Source: Octopus vulgaris
Taxonomy: Eukaryota
Direction of reading: 5' to 3'
Assembly (NCBI GenBank): GCA_951406725.2
Contig: OX597823.1
Span: forward strand, 113,522,001-113,586,000
Length of the DNA: 64,000 nt
Every line of letters begins with the position of its first letter. Positions within the stretch are counted from its first letter, which is position 1. Under the pieces are notes generated by a model. The model was given only the letters and a program-made list of their open reading frames with translations, was not told where the DNA came from and did no database searches. The translations under genes and the position numbers were made by a program. Below, piece after piece: positions 1 to 11,957 of the stretch.

Positions 1-1451
1 AACGACAGGTAAAAATCGTATACCTATACTTAGTGTACAACCGGACGAGAGACAGACACAAAAGGTCCCTAATTCTTCATCAGTTATCAACCAAATGGTA
101 ATACTCAGTTTCACACCATTAATGATAAGACTGAGAACTTCCCATGTTGGCGGCGCCCGTGAAAGCCGCGGAGAACTTAGGGCCTAGAGTGAACAAAACA
201 ACGTATAGTGGACACACGAAAGTAAAAAAATACAATTATGACGGTGGACAAAAACGAAATAAATAAGGAATGAGAAAATACAGCCTTAGGACCAAAAAGA
301 CAAGAATGGTGAGTAAAGCTTTGAAGACATCCTAATGGATATAGAAAACAACAAATAACAAGACACAAAGAAATTTTTACGAAAGTTCAAGCTACGCAAC
401 TAATATGAACAAAAAGTACGGAATGAAAGGATGAGGAAAGCGGACTACGGCTCATGTGTCAGCAACAGATGGAGGAGAAAGAGGGCAAGAGAGAGGGAGG
501 GTGATAGAGAGAGCGACAGAGAGAAACCGAGGGAGGGGAGGAAGGAGGAATAGGGAGAAAGTAGAAATGCAACAAATACAAGTAAGAGGATGAAAGAGAA
601 AAAAATGAAAGTGGAAAGGCTGGAAATAAAAGAGTGTGAGAGAGAGAGAGAAAAGGAGAAATAGTGAAGGCAAGAAGAGTCACACAGATATAAAAAAAAC
701 TGTAAATAAAAGTCGGCATGCGTGCGTTCCATTACTTAATAAATGAAAAAAAATCATTGTAAATAAACACGTGCTCTCTCTTCTATTGCTCGCCTTTACG
801 AGAAAACGTTATGCATAAAATAAACTAAATTTCGATAATTTAATATATAATCATCATTTATATATTTTTTATATTTTATAAACACCTTGGTTTAATCTTA
901 ATCTAGTTCTGTCCATACACTACGTAGTCTACGGCTAATTTATACTCATTATACTACTACAAATTATAACTACATAAATCAGTAACATAAATCAGGGTTT
1001 ATATATATAAATATATAAATATATAAATATATAAATATATATATATACAAAAATTAGCTAAACTTATTATATAAGTAATTTAACCTATGTCTACATTTAA
1101 TTTTTCTGTCATCTTGGTTATTAATTAAATTTTCTTATTAGATAGTAATATCTACATAAATTAATTTGTACATAATAAACAAATGACTTATGATGAAGTT
1201 AATGCAGTTAAAGCGGCTAGGAAATAGTTGATTAGATAATATTATAATATATTTACATTTTTCTATATGATTTGATATATATAATATCTTTCACTATCAC
1301 TTGAATTACTTAATAGAGGTTATTTCACTTACTTATATACATATATTATATATTGTGAAATTTGATTTAGTATTGCCAAATTGAATTTTTCCCTGTAAAT
1401 TTGGAATTTTATATTTATATTCCCTACTATATATATATATATATATATATA

Positions 1452-2322
1452 AATTTAAATTTAAAATGAGGGTGAGAAATTAGAAAACATACAAATTTGT
1501 TTTCGTATACTTTCTAATTTAATTAACATCGATTTCACACCACTGGTCTAGCATATAAAAAAACAGAAAGTTCAGTAAAATTGTATTATATTCATATTAG
1601 ATGGAAACCACTATGTGGAAACCCTTATGCTAGAAATAGATCCGCTATGGTCTTGCCACTAAGAAATGTTCTCAACAAAAATTTAGCAAATCAACCAAAA
1701 CGTAATTGAGCAAGACAAAAGAAAAGTCAATAAAAATATGGATTATTCGCATACATGTTTCACTATTAACATATTACGTAATTACACTTACATAAATGTC
1801 CGTAGATCATCGGTGCGACCGTCCAGATGAATATAACTTGCAGGACTGCATACTAGGACGTCCGCACGAAGTCGGACTTGTAAAACTGTCCTACCTATTA
1901 CACTCGTGGTTACTATTTTAAATGCCCTCGTTTTGGCGCGCTACATTACCGGAATAACTGATACCGCAGATAATATTTTACTGCAGTGACCTTTGCCGGA
2001 TAGAGAACGTATTAATTTATATTTAAATTTAAAATGCAGGTGAGAAATTAGATATTAATTTAATTAACATCGATTTCACACCACTGGTCTAGCATATAAA
2101 AAAACTGAAGGTTCAGTAAAATTGTATTATATAAATATTATAGGGAACCACTATGTGGACACCCTTATGCTAGAAATAGATCCGCTATGGTCTTACCTCT
2201 AAGAAATGTTCTCTAAGAAATGTTCTCATAAATGTTCTCAATATTCGCATACATGTTTCACTATTAACATATTACGTAATTTTACTTACATAAATGTCCG
2301 TAGATGATCTACGGACATTGAT
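1452..2322 (-). repeat. Tandemly duplicated Penelope-pLTR-like repeat (~1452-1820 and ~2015-2322) with a hammerhead-like motif and fold-back end
   Basis: The ~150-bp block 'taatttaattaacatcgatttcacaccactggtctagcat...aagaaatgttctc' and the block 'attcgcatacatgtttcactattaac...gtccgtagat' each occur twice. Copy 2 ends in the palindrome 'atgtccgtagatgatctacggacatt'. Related fragments lie at ~14340-14470 and ~14900-15080. Confidence 0.6.
1747..1818 (-). ncRNA. Type I hammerhead-like motif (variant core CCGAUGA)
   Basis: Minus strand reads UCGCA-CCGAUGA-(long stem II)-GAAA-CAUG-UA-UGCGA. Stem I is UCGCA/UGCGA and stem III is the palindrome ACAUGU. It has a U4C change and a mismatch at the base of stem II. 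Confidence 0.55.
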
Positions 2323-3229
2323 GTGAAAATATACCCACAGGCATGATTACTAAACTTCTGGTGATTTACTGGTGATCATTGAAGAGACAATGGTAATTTA
2401 TAGAGTAGGTAACGTCACTGTTTTGCAATGTGTGCTTACGTTGATTAAGATATATGACAGTTGTAAGACAAATAGTGAAAACTCTGTTAAGGTACCTCTG
2501 GAAATTGAATTTAGAAACCTCTGGAAATTTGTTGGAATGTAATAGAAAAATTATCTGGAAATCGTGGGTTTGCTATGTTAGAATTCTTGGAGAATTTAAC
2601 CACAGATCTACAATATACAAATTCTGGTAAATAGATGATGAAATACTAAGACAAACATTCAGTGATCCTCAAAATGTGTGGGCGTGCTTTTTAGATGGAA
2701 CAAAAACTAACAGCTATTTCAGCGAATTATTCAATAAGAGCAATTTATACAGAAGTCTAAGCCGAGTACTTATTACTACGCTTATGCCAAATAAGGTTAT
2801 AAACTAACATCTTCCATTTTAGTTTCAGCGATAAAAGAATTATCAACAATTTGTCCTTTCTCATGTTGTTTTATTGTTGCTATCAGCTTTAATGAACATC
2901 TCACAGGAAAATCCGAATTGTTTTCGTATGCTTCTCACTAATTATTCGTTTATCTTTCAGTCTCCTTCTGTCTCACAGTTTATCTCACCTGTATATTTGG
3001 GTGCGTGTCCATGCGTGAGTGTGTCTGTGTGCCTGTGTGTGTGGCTGTGTGTGTGTGTGTGCGCGTGTTTGTGTTTATGCATGTACATATGTATATGTCT
3101 ATACCTATATGTATATATGTGTATGTGTATATATGTGTAAATAAATATATGTATATATGCATAAATACAATCCCCCAATGATAGATACACACACACACAC
3201 ACACATATATATATGCATACACACACAAA

Positions 3230-3316
<87 letters not shown>

Positions 3317-3468
3317 ATTCACAGGCATATATACAAATACGATATGTTTATAGTACTACAGAATGTAATAATAAAGGTTTCTGTCTCAGAATGACAGTAT
3401 CTTATACGAAAATACTGCTTTTTGCTACAAACCAAAATTTATTATAGTTTCTATCGCTATCAGCATTA

Positions 3469-3539
<71 letters not shown>

Positions 3540-3905
3540 GTTGTTGTTGTTGTTGTTTTTGTTGTTATCATTATTTTCTTTGTACTCTTTTACAATTTCC
3601 TTAGGAAAATAAAACTAAATTAAACCGATTGCAAACAGTTGCCTGCGAAAATATTTTCATTTATCGCCTCCAACCGGAAATTAAGAGCGTATTCTTGGGT
3701 TTTGTGGAACTGTATCATTGTTGTCGAAATTCACCTGAGATGGAAAATTTGTGGCAACAAAATACATTAAACTTTACACTTTAAGAAGTTATCTTTTTTT
3801 TCTGATCTCTAAATCCTGTTTTTCTTACTAAATTCAGCAATCGTATTTCCGATTATCTCCCACTTGCCAGCTTTTTCCGACCTCAATGAAAGATCAATAA
3901 CAATG

Positions 3906-3958
<53 letters not shown>

Positions 3959-4432
3959 CATATATACATATATACATATATATACATATATACATATATA
4001 CATATATATATACATATATATACATATATATATGTATATATGTATATATTTATATATATGTATGCGTCTGTATCTGTGTCTGTGTGGGTATATGTGTATA
4101 TATATGTATGTATATATGTTTATATACATATATATATATATATAAATTGTATTGATATATGTATATATGTATATATGTGTATATGTAAGAGAGAGAGAGA
4201 CAGAGAGAGACAGAGAGAGAATGTGTGTGAGAGAGAAACTTCTGATAATACAAATATCATTTATTCCTTTTTGTCACCATCGCTCCCCCCACCCCACACA
4301 TGCCAATCTGACGGCATAATTCATTGGTAAATACTTCGTGTATTTTGCAGGATTTTTCTTTTTCGTTTCTTCAACGAACAAGAAAATCAAAGGGAAACAA
4401 AATTGAGGATGGTGGTGATGGTTGTAAAATGG

Positions 4433-4588
<156 letters not shown>

Positions 4589-5332
4589 AACCTAGGATGT
4601 ACCAGATAAATTTTCGTTATAGTAGCAGAATGTGTCCTCCTTTCTCCCACTTTGCTACTTTCACTTTCCTTTTAAGTAGTGGGACAGGCAACAGAAACAG
4701 ACGTAAAAAAACAAATTTTCGTATTAATATTATTGATAATAACAATAACAATTTCTTTTATTAACCAAAAAGGACGAAGATGAGGAGGCATCACAATGAC
4801 AGACAATAAATTAATGATGAAGAACAAGATGATGATGATCATAATGATGATGATGAAGAGTTTGGTGGTGGTCGTAATACTGGTGTTGTTGTTGGTGGTG
4901 GTGGCGATAGATGGGGCAGCGGTCGGTGGTGCTGATTTTGGTGCGTGTTTTGGTGCTAATGGTTTGCCACGAGGCAAAATCGACGTGTAAGAGATACATT
5001 AACAAGGACATTTTAAAAAGCGTGAAGTTTATATAGACAACTCGAATGGTCAAACACATATACTCCTGATGCAAAAGCAACCCCAGTTAGAGCTATTCGT
5101 GAAATCCCATAAACTTAAGGTCACCGTGAGCCTCATAGAAAAGTGCCTCTCCTAGAAGTGCTATTTTCCGTATATACATTTGTAAGTCCTGGGGCTTTGG
5201 TTATGCTTTTTTATTATATCTAACTCACATATTATTATAAGAACTGTTTCTGTTTCTAGGCTCCACATTCGAGTTACCCCTATTTCCAGATCTTTGTATA
5301 ATGATAATAATAACAATAATAGTAATAATTCA

Positions 5333-5396
<64 letters not shown>

Positions 5397-5984
5397 ATAA
5401 TTATTTTAGAAAACACTAAAACATGATAATGGGGCAGATAATGCGAATTTGAGTATAATATATTGCGTAAAACATTACTCTACATATGTGAAAGTTAGTT
5501 AACATAGACAAGCTATGGCGTCAGCATATCATTCCCACATATTATTGGACGATGTCAATAACATTTGGTGAAATTAGTCACTGCCACTAAACAGTTGAGT
5601 CGATAGAATGTTATTTCGGATAATTTGTCTCGGCTCTGAAACATCAATTTATACAAACTTTGAGTTTTCGCTCCTGAATAATAAAATAAGTTTAATGTTC
5701 TGTATCTTCATATTTCTTAACTATAATGTTAAGTTACATTTTAATTACATTATATACAAGTAAACATCATCATTAATATTATTACGGATTCAGTTTGGTC
5801 ATTTTAAAATTCTTATTGAAGTTATTTTATCATGAAAATTAAAAGTATAAATGTGTTAGTGGAATGTTATGGACTAAGTGCGTGATGTGTACGTATATAT
5901 GCTATAAAATGTGCTATAAAACACCGCTAATTTGTATAGGCAACAACATAAAAAGCACATAAATACGAACATACATACACATGA

Positions 5985-6052
<68 letters not shown>

Positions 6053-7527
6053 GATAGATAGATAGATAGATGCATTCATACATACATATTTACATTCTTA
6101 CATATATATATATATATATATACATGCACACACATATATCTATATATACATAAACAAATGCATACATACATACATACATATATAAGTACGTACGTACATG
6201 TATATAAGTATGTAGCCATATCAAGACTATTTAAATTCACAAACGCAGTAGAGTTAGCTATACAAAATATTAGTTAAATTACACAAACACAGATGTCAAA
6301 AGAGATAAATGAAGTTGTCGCCATCTTCTGCTATGGGTAAATAAAGCTCTTCTGTCAAGCAATATTTATTTTCATTTCACTAGTAGGCGTCTGTAAAATT
6401 ACATGTGAGTTTTATTACATTCGGTTAACATGTTTTAATATTCCATTTCTAAGAGAATTAACAAAGAGAATTAACAAATACGCTCTCCTTTAACAAGCGT
6501 TTTGAAACTATCCTTATAAAATACTCACCACTTCATTGCTTCGTTAAACCCATCTCTATAGTTTACTCATTAACGGAACCTGTATTTCTAAATACAGATT
6601 TAACAATAACCAGTTTTATCTCTGTTTTCCTTGCAAAGACTGTCTCATAATAATATAAAATATCATGGATGTTATCAATGACAAGTGTGGCACGATTATA
6701 GTTTTCCGGGCTATTAACCTATGCTTTAGGGTTTACATTTACAATATTTGTGTTTCTAATATAATCTTTGAATCATGTACATTTCCAGGAATAATATATT
6801 TGACGATAATCACCGGAGAACACGTCGATCGAAACGTTAGGTCGATATAAATAGAGTAAATATACAGCGTAATGATGAGTTAAATAGTGCGGAAAATTAT
6901 GTTATTATCAACATGTTGTCTCTTATATTTTGATGTTGAATTTTTATAAGAGTTTACACAACTTGTTGTCTTTTCTGATTTGCTAATATTTACGTATTCG
7001 CCACTGAATATAATTTCTGAAATTAACGCTGCATGTACATTCTGAATTCACAAAAGCTGGTCGCATGAAGAGTTTATGATCGATCGTACTCCTATATCTG
7101 TTGCATAACTGCATTATACAGTTTTCCATTTGTTTTGTCGTACACTTTAGGCAATTTCCTGTGTGCAAATTCTAGCTCATGTGACCATTATAAAGTCTGT
7201 TTCGGTATATAGTCTATAATTGAAAACAAGTCGTTTATACGTTCGGCACTCTTTTAATTCAAACCTGCCCAGTCTTATCGGATCTTCATTATGTTGAGCC
7301 CAATTTACATGGATACACAAATCAAATATTTATTACATGTTGTGTAGAGTTTTCGTTCACATATTCATCATGGTATGCTGATTTTACTCACCGTTGCTTC
7401 TATATGTTCGATCTCTATAATCGCTATAACGACCCTGATTACTCAATTACCAATAAGAAGAGTACTCTCATGTTTTATTCTAGTCGCTAATAAATCAAAA
7501 AATTTAACGCGTTTATTTTGTACGAGA

Positions 7528-7732
7528 AGGCGGCCAGCTGCCAGAAACTTTAGCATGCCGGAAAAATTGCTTCTCGGTATTTCGTCCATAGTTACTTTCT
7601 GAGCTCAAATTCTGCAATGGTCAGTTTTGCATTTCGACATTTTGTAGTCGATAAAATAAGTCCTAGACAACTAATCGACACCCCCACTCTCTTTACGAAA
7701 ACCACTGGCCCTGTGCCAAAATTTGTAGCCAT
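7528..7732 (+). mobile_element. Degenerate tRNA-derived SINE (family B)
   Basis: 'aaggcggccagctgccagaaactttagcatgccgg...ttctgagctcaaattc' matches the better copies at 20306 and 41647-42420. Confidence 0.7.
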
Positions 7733-7993
7733 ATCTTTCTACGAGAAGAATTTCTTAATTCTACTGTAATTGAATTTTATTTCTTTATCTATATTAAATT
7801 TGTACCTTCGTTGCAAAAATGATAAGTTTATCGTATTTGCATAATGAATTTCTATATATTCCAGTCCATTTTTCTAAGTCTTCTTTCATTTCAGTTTTGG
7901 TAAACAACATTTAAATTCTAACCAATCTCTGGGATAATTTAAGATGACCAGCAACATGTGTGCGTGCTCGCACACGTATGTGTTGATTAGTAG

Positions 7994-8066
<73 letters not shown>

Positions 8067-8244
8067 GGAAATGAAGAAAATGCTGACAAATAATTGAAGT
8101 AATTTAAGTAATTTAATTAGGTGAAAGTTCTTTTTACCGGTTGCGCATATGTATATATATATACCGTCAGCTAATTATAAATCCGAAAGAGAAGCACACT
8201 CTTAATTATAAAGCAGTAGAATAATTAGATAGAGATATTTAAAG

Positions 8245-8467
8245 CCGGTCTAAGGGGTTACCGCGGTTTTCGCGTTCATAAAGCGCTTAGGTTTACGATG
8301 TTTCTTCAGGTCCTAATGGCCGGTGGCCTATAACCTCCCTTGAAATTAGTATTTTCTCCCTCCACTTTGAAGAGAAATATTTAGGCCAACGGCCATTAGA
8401 GTTTTAGGAAACAACATAAAGCTAAGCGCTTTATGCATGTGGAACCCAGGGTAACACCATTGACTGG
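8245..8467. repeat. Imperfect long inverted repeat (MITE/foldback-like)
   Basis: 'ggttacc...cataaagcgcttaggttta...ctaatggccggtggccta' is mirrored by 'taggccaacggccattag...taaagctaagcgctttatg...ggtaacacc'. Confidence 0.75.
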
Positions 8468-8684
8468 GCATAATTATGTTTCTTTAATAAATAAATAGAT
8501 AGATAAATAAATAAATATAGATGTGTGCATGTATATATATTTATGTGTGTGTGTATAAGTTCATATATGATTGAATTGGTGCACCGCTCATCGTACCTTG
8601 GGTGTAGAAGTGGTTACAGAGCAACGTGAGATTACGTGTATTACTCAAGAACACAATGAATAACCCAGACTAGGAATTGAAACC

Positions 8685-8896
8685 ACTCTTTTACTCTTTT
8701 ACTTATTTCAGTCATTTGACTGCGGCCATGCTGGAGCACCGCCTCTAGTCGAGCAACTCGACCCCGGGACTTATTCTTTTTGTAAGCCCAGTACTTATTC
8801 TATCCGTCTCTTTTGCCGAACCGCTAAGTGACGGGGACGTAAACACACCAGCATCGGTTGTCAAGCAATGCTAGGGGAACAAACACAGACACACAA

Positions 8897-8927
<31 letters not shown>

Positions 8928-9064
8928 CATATATACGACAGGCTTCTTTCAGTTTCCGTCTCACAAGGCATTGGTCGGCCCGGGGCTATAGCAGAAGACA
9001 TTTGCCCAAGTTGCCACGCAGTGGGACTGAACCCGGAACCATGTGGTTGGTTAGCAAGCTACTT
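8685..9064 (-). mobile_element. tRNA-derived SINE family A (Octopus OR/OK-like, CORE-like), 3' portion; its head continues at 11267-11303
   Basis: (AAAAGAGT)n tail and body nearly identical to the copies at 21121 and 25474. It has a B-box GGTTCAGTCCC and a CORE-like 'cttgggcaa' segment, and is split by the 9065-11266 insertion. Confidence 0.9.
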
Positions 9065-9359
9065 TATTTCAAAACATTTGCCATAAAGGCAGTACACAGA
9101 TTAAGTTAGCTTTGCGGGCTGGACGAGGACATTAATGAGGTGAATGATAATGAAAGAAAGATGATAAGGATGGAAGAAGACAAAAAGCGCCCGCCGGCTT
9201 TCGCTTCTCTAAAACATTGTTCTTTTTAAAGATAAACACAAAACGAGGTATTAAACCTCTTACAATTTTTCCAATTTTTGGACTTAGCAGTCCATTATTA
9301 ATACAAAACGAGGTATTAATCCTCTTACAATTTTTCAATTTTTGGACTTAAGTCCATTA

Positions 9360-9881
9360 CTAATAATACATATCGTCCTCGAAATAGCTTGTGCCCGCGC
9401 CCTCCACCATCAACCACGCCTCCCTCAGAACGTAATCAAGTTCCGAGTCAGCGTCGCCCGCGACCAAGTTATAGTCTTCATTGAACTCCTTCAGCCCAAG
9501 CGTCACGTCGAACGCCACGGCCTCCACAGCTACCTGCGGAGGCCATTCGGGGTCCTGTGTGAAGGCTAAAGGTGCTCCCTTGTAGTGCTCTTCCATCACT
9601 TTTTCAATTTCTCCTCCTCTATAGAAGAGGACCAATACGTTCAGTTCATTCGTTGGCGGCGCAGTTCCCGCCAACGGTATTCCTTCTCTTGTCGGTGGCA
9701 CAATCCCAACCGACGTAGTTCCGGGACATTCCGGTGCTACACTGACAGCCGGTAATGTCCCGTTTTTCTTCCTCTTTTTCTTTTTTTTTTCCCTTTTCAA
9801 CTGAGGGAGGGTGCGTCTCCTCCGTGGCTGGAAGATTCGCCTTCCTCTCCTCATCCCTATTATCCTTTGGTGAGCACCCAT
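9360..9881 (-). CDS. Second ORF of the element (basic N-terminus, acidic C-terminal domain, unknown function), in frame with ORF1
   Basis: 173 aa. The ATG lies 6 nt after the ORF1 TGA in the same frame (TGA GCA ACA ATG G, a strong Kozak context). Confidence 0.5.
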   Translation of the reverse strand: MGAHQRIIGMRRGRRIFQPRRRRTLPQLKREKKKKKRKKNGTLPAVSVAPECPGTTSVGIVPPTREGIPLAGTAPPTNELNVLVLFYRGGEIEKVMEEHYKGAPLAFTQDPEWPPQVAVEAVAFDVTLGLKEFNEDYNLVAGDADSELDYVLREAWLMVEGAGTSYFEDDMYY

Positions 9882-9887
9882 TGTTGC

Positions 9888-10604
9888 TCACCTTCCTCTT
9901 CGGCCTCTGTTTGAGGAGTCCTCTGCTTTCTCGGCCGTTATCGTTCCCTCTTCTAGAGGGGTTTTACTTAACTGTTCCGGGATCCTATTTTGTTCCCGAG
10001 GACAGTTCTTCTTTATGTGGCCGGACTCCAAGCACCGATGACACTTAGGGGGGTGACCCTCAAGCATCACCGGGTACCTGCACCCGGCCATTTTCAAAAA
10101 ATCTGGAAGAACCAGATTGGCTGATTGGGTCCACAGGGTCAAAATTACTTTTGACCCAACCCAAGCAGCCGCAGGAAGAACTTTTACATTGAGGAGCTTA
10201 GTTTCGCTGTCACCCAGACCCCGGCGGATAGTCTCCTCTATCCACTCGGGTTCTATGTCGGGTGGCAATCCGCATATCCAAGCTTTCATCAATTTCTTTT
10301 TTTTGTACGTGGGCAGGAATAAGATTTCCTTACCCTCCAGGGGTTTGCTAGCAAATTTGCAAGCCTCTTCAGGGGTGTCAAATAGCAACCACACCGTTGC
10401 ATATTTGACACCCCTGGAAATGAATTTAATTGTTGGCAAATACTCTTCCAACTCCTCCTCAATTGCCGTCTTTTCGAATAAGGCGATGGTGTCGAGTGCC
10501 TTGGAGTAGGTTCTCAACACCACCGTCCTATCTTCACGGTCTTTTAACCACTTTTTAGGTGGTATGATTTCCCACTCCAAAATTTTGTTATTTTTCATTG
10601 CCAT
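9888..10604 (-). CDS. L1/Tx1-clade ORF1-like nucleic-acid-binding protein (RRM-like domains + CCHC zinc knuckle)
   Basis: The 238-aa ORF contains the RRM-like motif 'AWICGLPPDIEPEWI' and 'LPDFLKMAGCRYPVMLEGHPPKCHRCLESGHIKKNC' (CX2CX4HX4C), a layout typical of Tx1/L1 ORF1p. Confidence 0.8.
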   Translation of the reverse strand: MAMKNNKILEWEIIPPKKWLKDREDRTVVLRTYSKALDTIALFEKTAIEEELEEYLPTIKFISRGVKYATVWLLFDTPEEACKFASKPLEGKEILFLPTYKKKKLMKAWICGLPPDIEPEWIEETIRRGLGDSETKLLNVKVLPAAAWVGSKVILTLWTQSANLVLPDFLKMAGCRYPVMLEGHPPKCHRCLESGHIKKNCPREQNRIPEQLSKTPLEEGTITAEKAEDSSNRGRRGR

Positions 10605-11302
10605 GTTTTTTTAAAAATATATTCAAATTAAACTCAAAAAGCAGGAAGAAAAATGTCCAAAAGTCCAAATAAAATTTGATAGATTTTTTAAAAAACAAAA
10701 TGGAGAAAGCACAACAGAAGGGAAGAAATCAACGGAAAGTCGCAATAAAGAAAAAAAAACAAAAGGGGGGGTTAAATGAAGTTCAAAAGAAAGTTAATAA
10801 ACAGAAAAAACACAGCAAAAATATTCTGGCCTGGGTTGAACCTGGAACGCCGCAACTGCAACACAACCTCCACAAAAATGGGTCCGAAAGGTAGTCCAAT
10901 AGTGGCTTATTTTTATAATTTTCTTGCGAAGTAGTAGTTTTCACAATTCATAAAAGTTCTTCACAGCACAATACAATTCTCACAATTACGTGAGAGAAAT
11001 ATTTACTCAATTTATCGAAGACGGATACGCCCCCAAAAATTTTCGCAGCGAGAAAAATATATTTGCCACATGTCTGCAGAATCAGAATTCTGAATCCAGT
11101 AGGACTTCCTGCCTGTAAAAAACAATTCTCAACAAAAACTCCGACTGGACCCAGAAAACAGAATCATGGGGCTTCCAAAGTTTTCAATTCAAGACGGCTT
11201 CAATGGCACGTCTTCACCGCTTCAGTGCCGAACACAACACTGACTCGCACATGCGCAGAAGCAACCGTTAGCAAGCTACTTACCACACACCCACTCCTGC
11301 GC

Positions 11303-11343
<41 letters not shown>

Positions 11344-11347
<4 letters not shown>

Positions 11348-11905
11348 GTTGTCCGGAAAGTTCGTGTCGATTTCGAAAGGAAAGAAAAAGGTCAATAAAT
11401 ACTTGACATTACATTTTAAATCAACCAAATATGAAACGTTTTGTTGCAAGATACGTCTCCACCTTTCCTTAAACTTGAAAATACCCTCTTCCCAGAATTG
11501 AGGTGGTTTCATGGCAAAGAATTCATCAAGGTATCCTTTTAGATCATCCAAGGAATTGAAATTTTTACCATTTACTATTCTGCAGAGACCTGAATTAGTA
11601 GAAATCCGATGGCGCCATATCTGGTAAAGATGGAGGGAGGGGTAACACATTCGAGCCGAGCTGCAGCAACTTTTGTCGGGTTCCTATCGCATCAAGTGCC
11701 GAAAATGGACTTTTTATCTTCATTTTAAAGGATTACAGAATTAACACAGGTTATAAGAATATAAACCTTCTTCCACGAAAAGATAGCTTATACTGTGCTC
11801 TAAATGGTGGTGTAGTCAAATCTTATGTTATGGACTGAATCATGTTCTAAAATAAGTCGAAAGGTATGCTACTATAAATCGGCATAAACTTTCCGGACAA
11901 CGCAA
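11344..11905 (-). mobile_element. Internally deleted mariner (MITE-like) with TIRs and a transposase C-terminal remnant
   Basis: TIRs TTGGGTTGTCCGGAAAGTTCGTGTCGATTT / AAATCGGCATAAACTTTCCGGACAACGCAA are flanked by TA. The minus-strand peptide 'NGKNFNSLDDLKGYLDEFFAMKPPQFWEEGIFKFKERW' is a mariner C-terminus. Confidence 0.85.
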
Positions 11906-11913
11906 TATATATA

Positions 11914-11957
<44 letters not shown>

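Larger units (their letters stand above)
9065..11266 (-). mobile_element. 2.2-kb non-autonomous, ORF1-only (RT-less) L1/Tx1-like retroelement with a 15-bp TSD
   Basis: GTTAGCAAGCTACTT is present at both 9050-9064 and 11267-11281, and the SINE resumes exactly after it. The insert has a ~660-bp 5' leader, two ORFs and a ~295-bp 3' UTR ending in ...GAAATAAA. No RT or endonuclease motifs are seen. Confidence 0.85.

Noticed and set aside
6795-6845. ttgacga...gatcgaaacgttaggt hammerhead-like remnant
   Set aside because: The core C is lost and stems I and II pair poorly; too degenerate to call.
9888-9890. UGA as a selenocysteine codon
   Set aside because: No SECIS-like AUGA/GA kink-turn hairpin was recognised in the 3' UTR, and the position is in a low-complexity linker.
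10815-10870. B-box/T-arm-like GGTTCAACCC in the 5' leader of the ORF1-only element (minus strand)
   Set aside because: No matching A-box or cloverleaf found; it could be chance.
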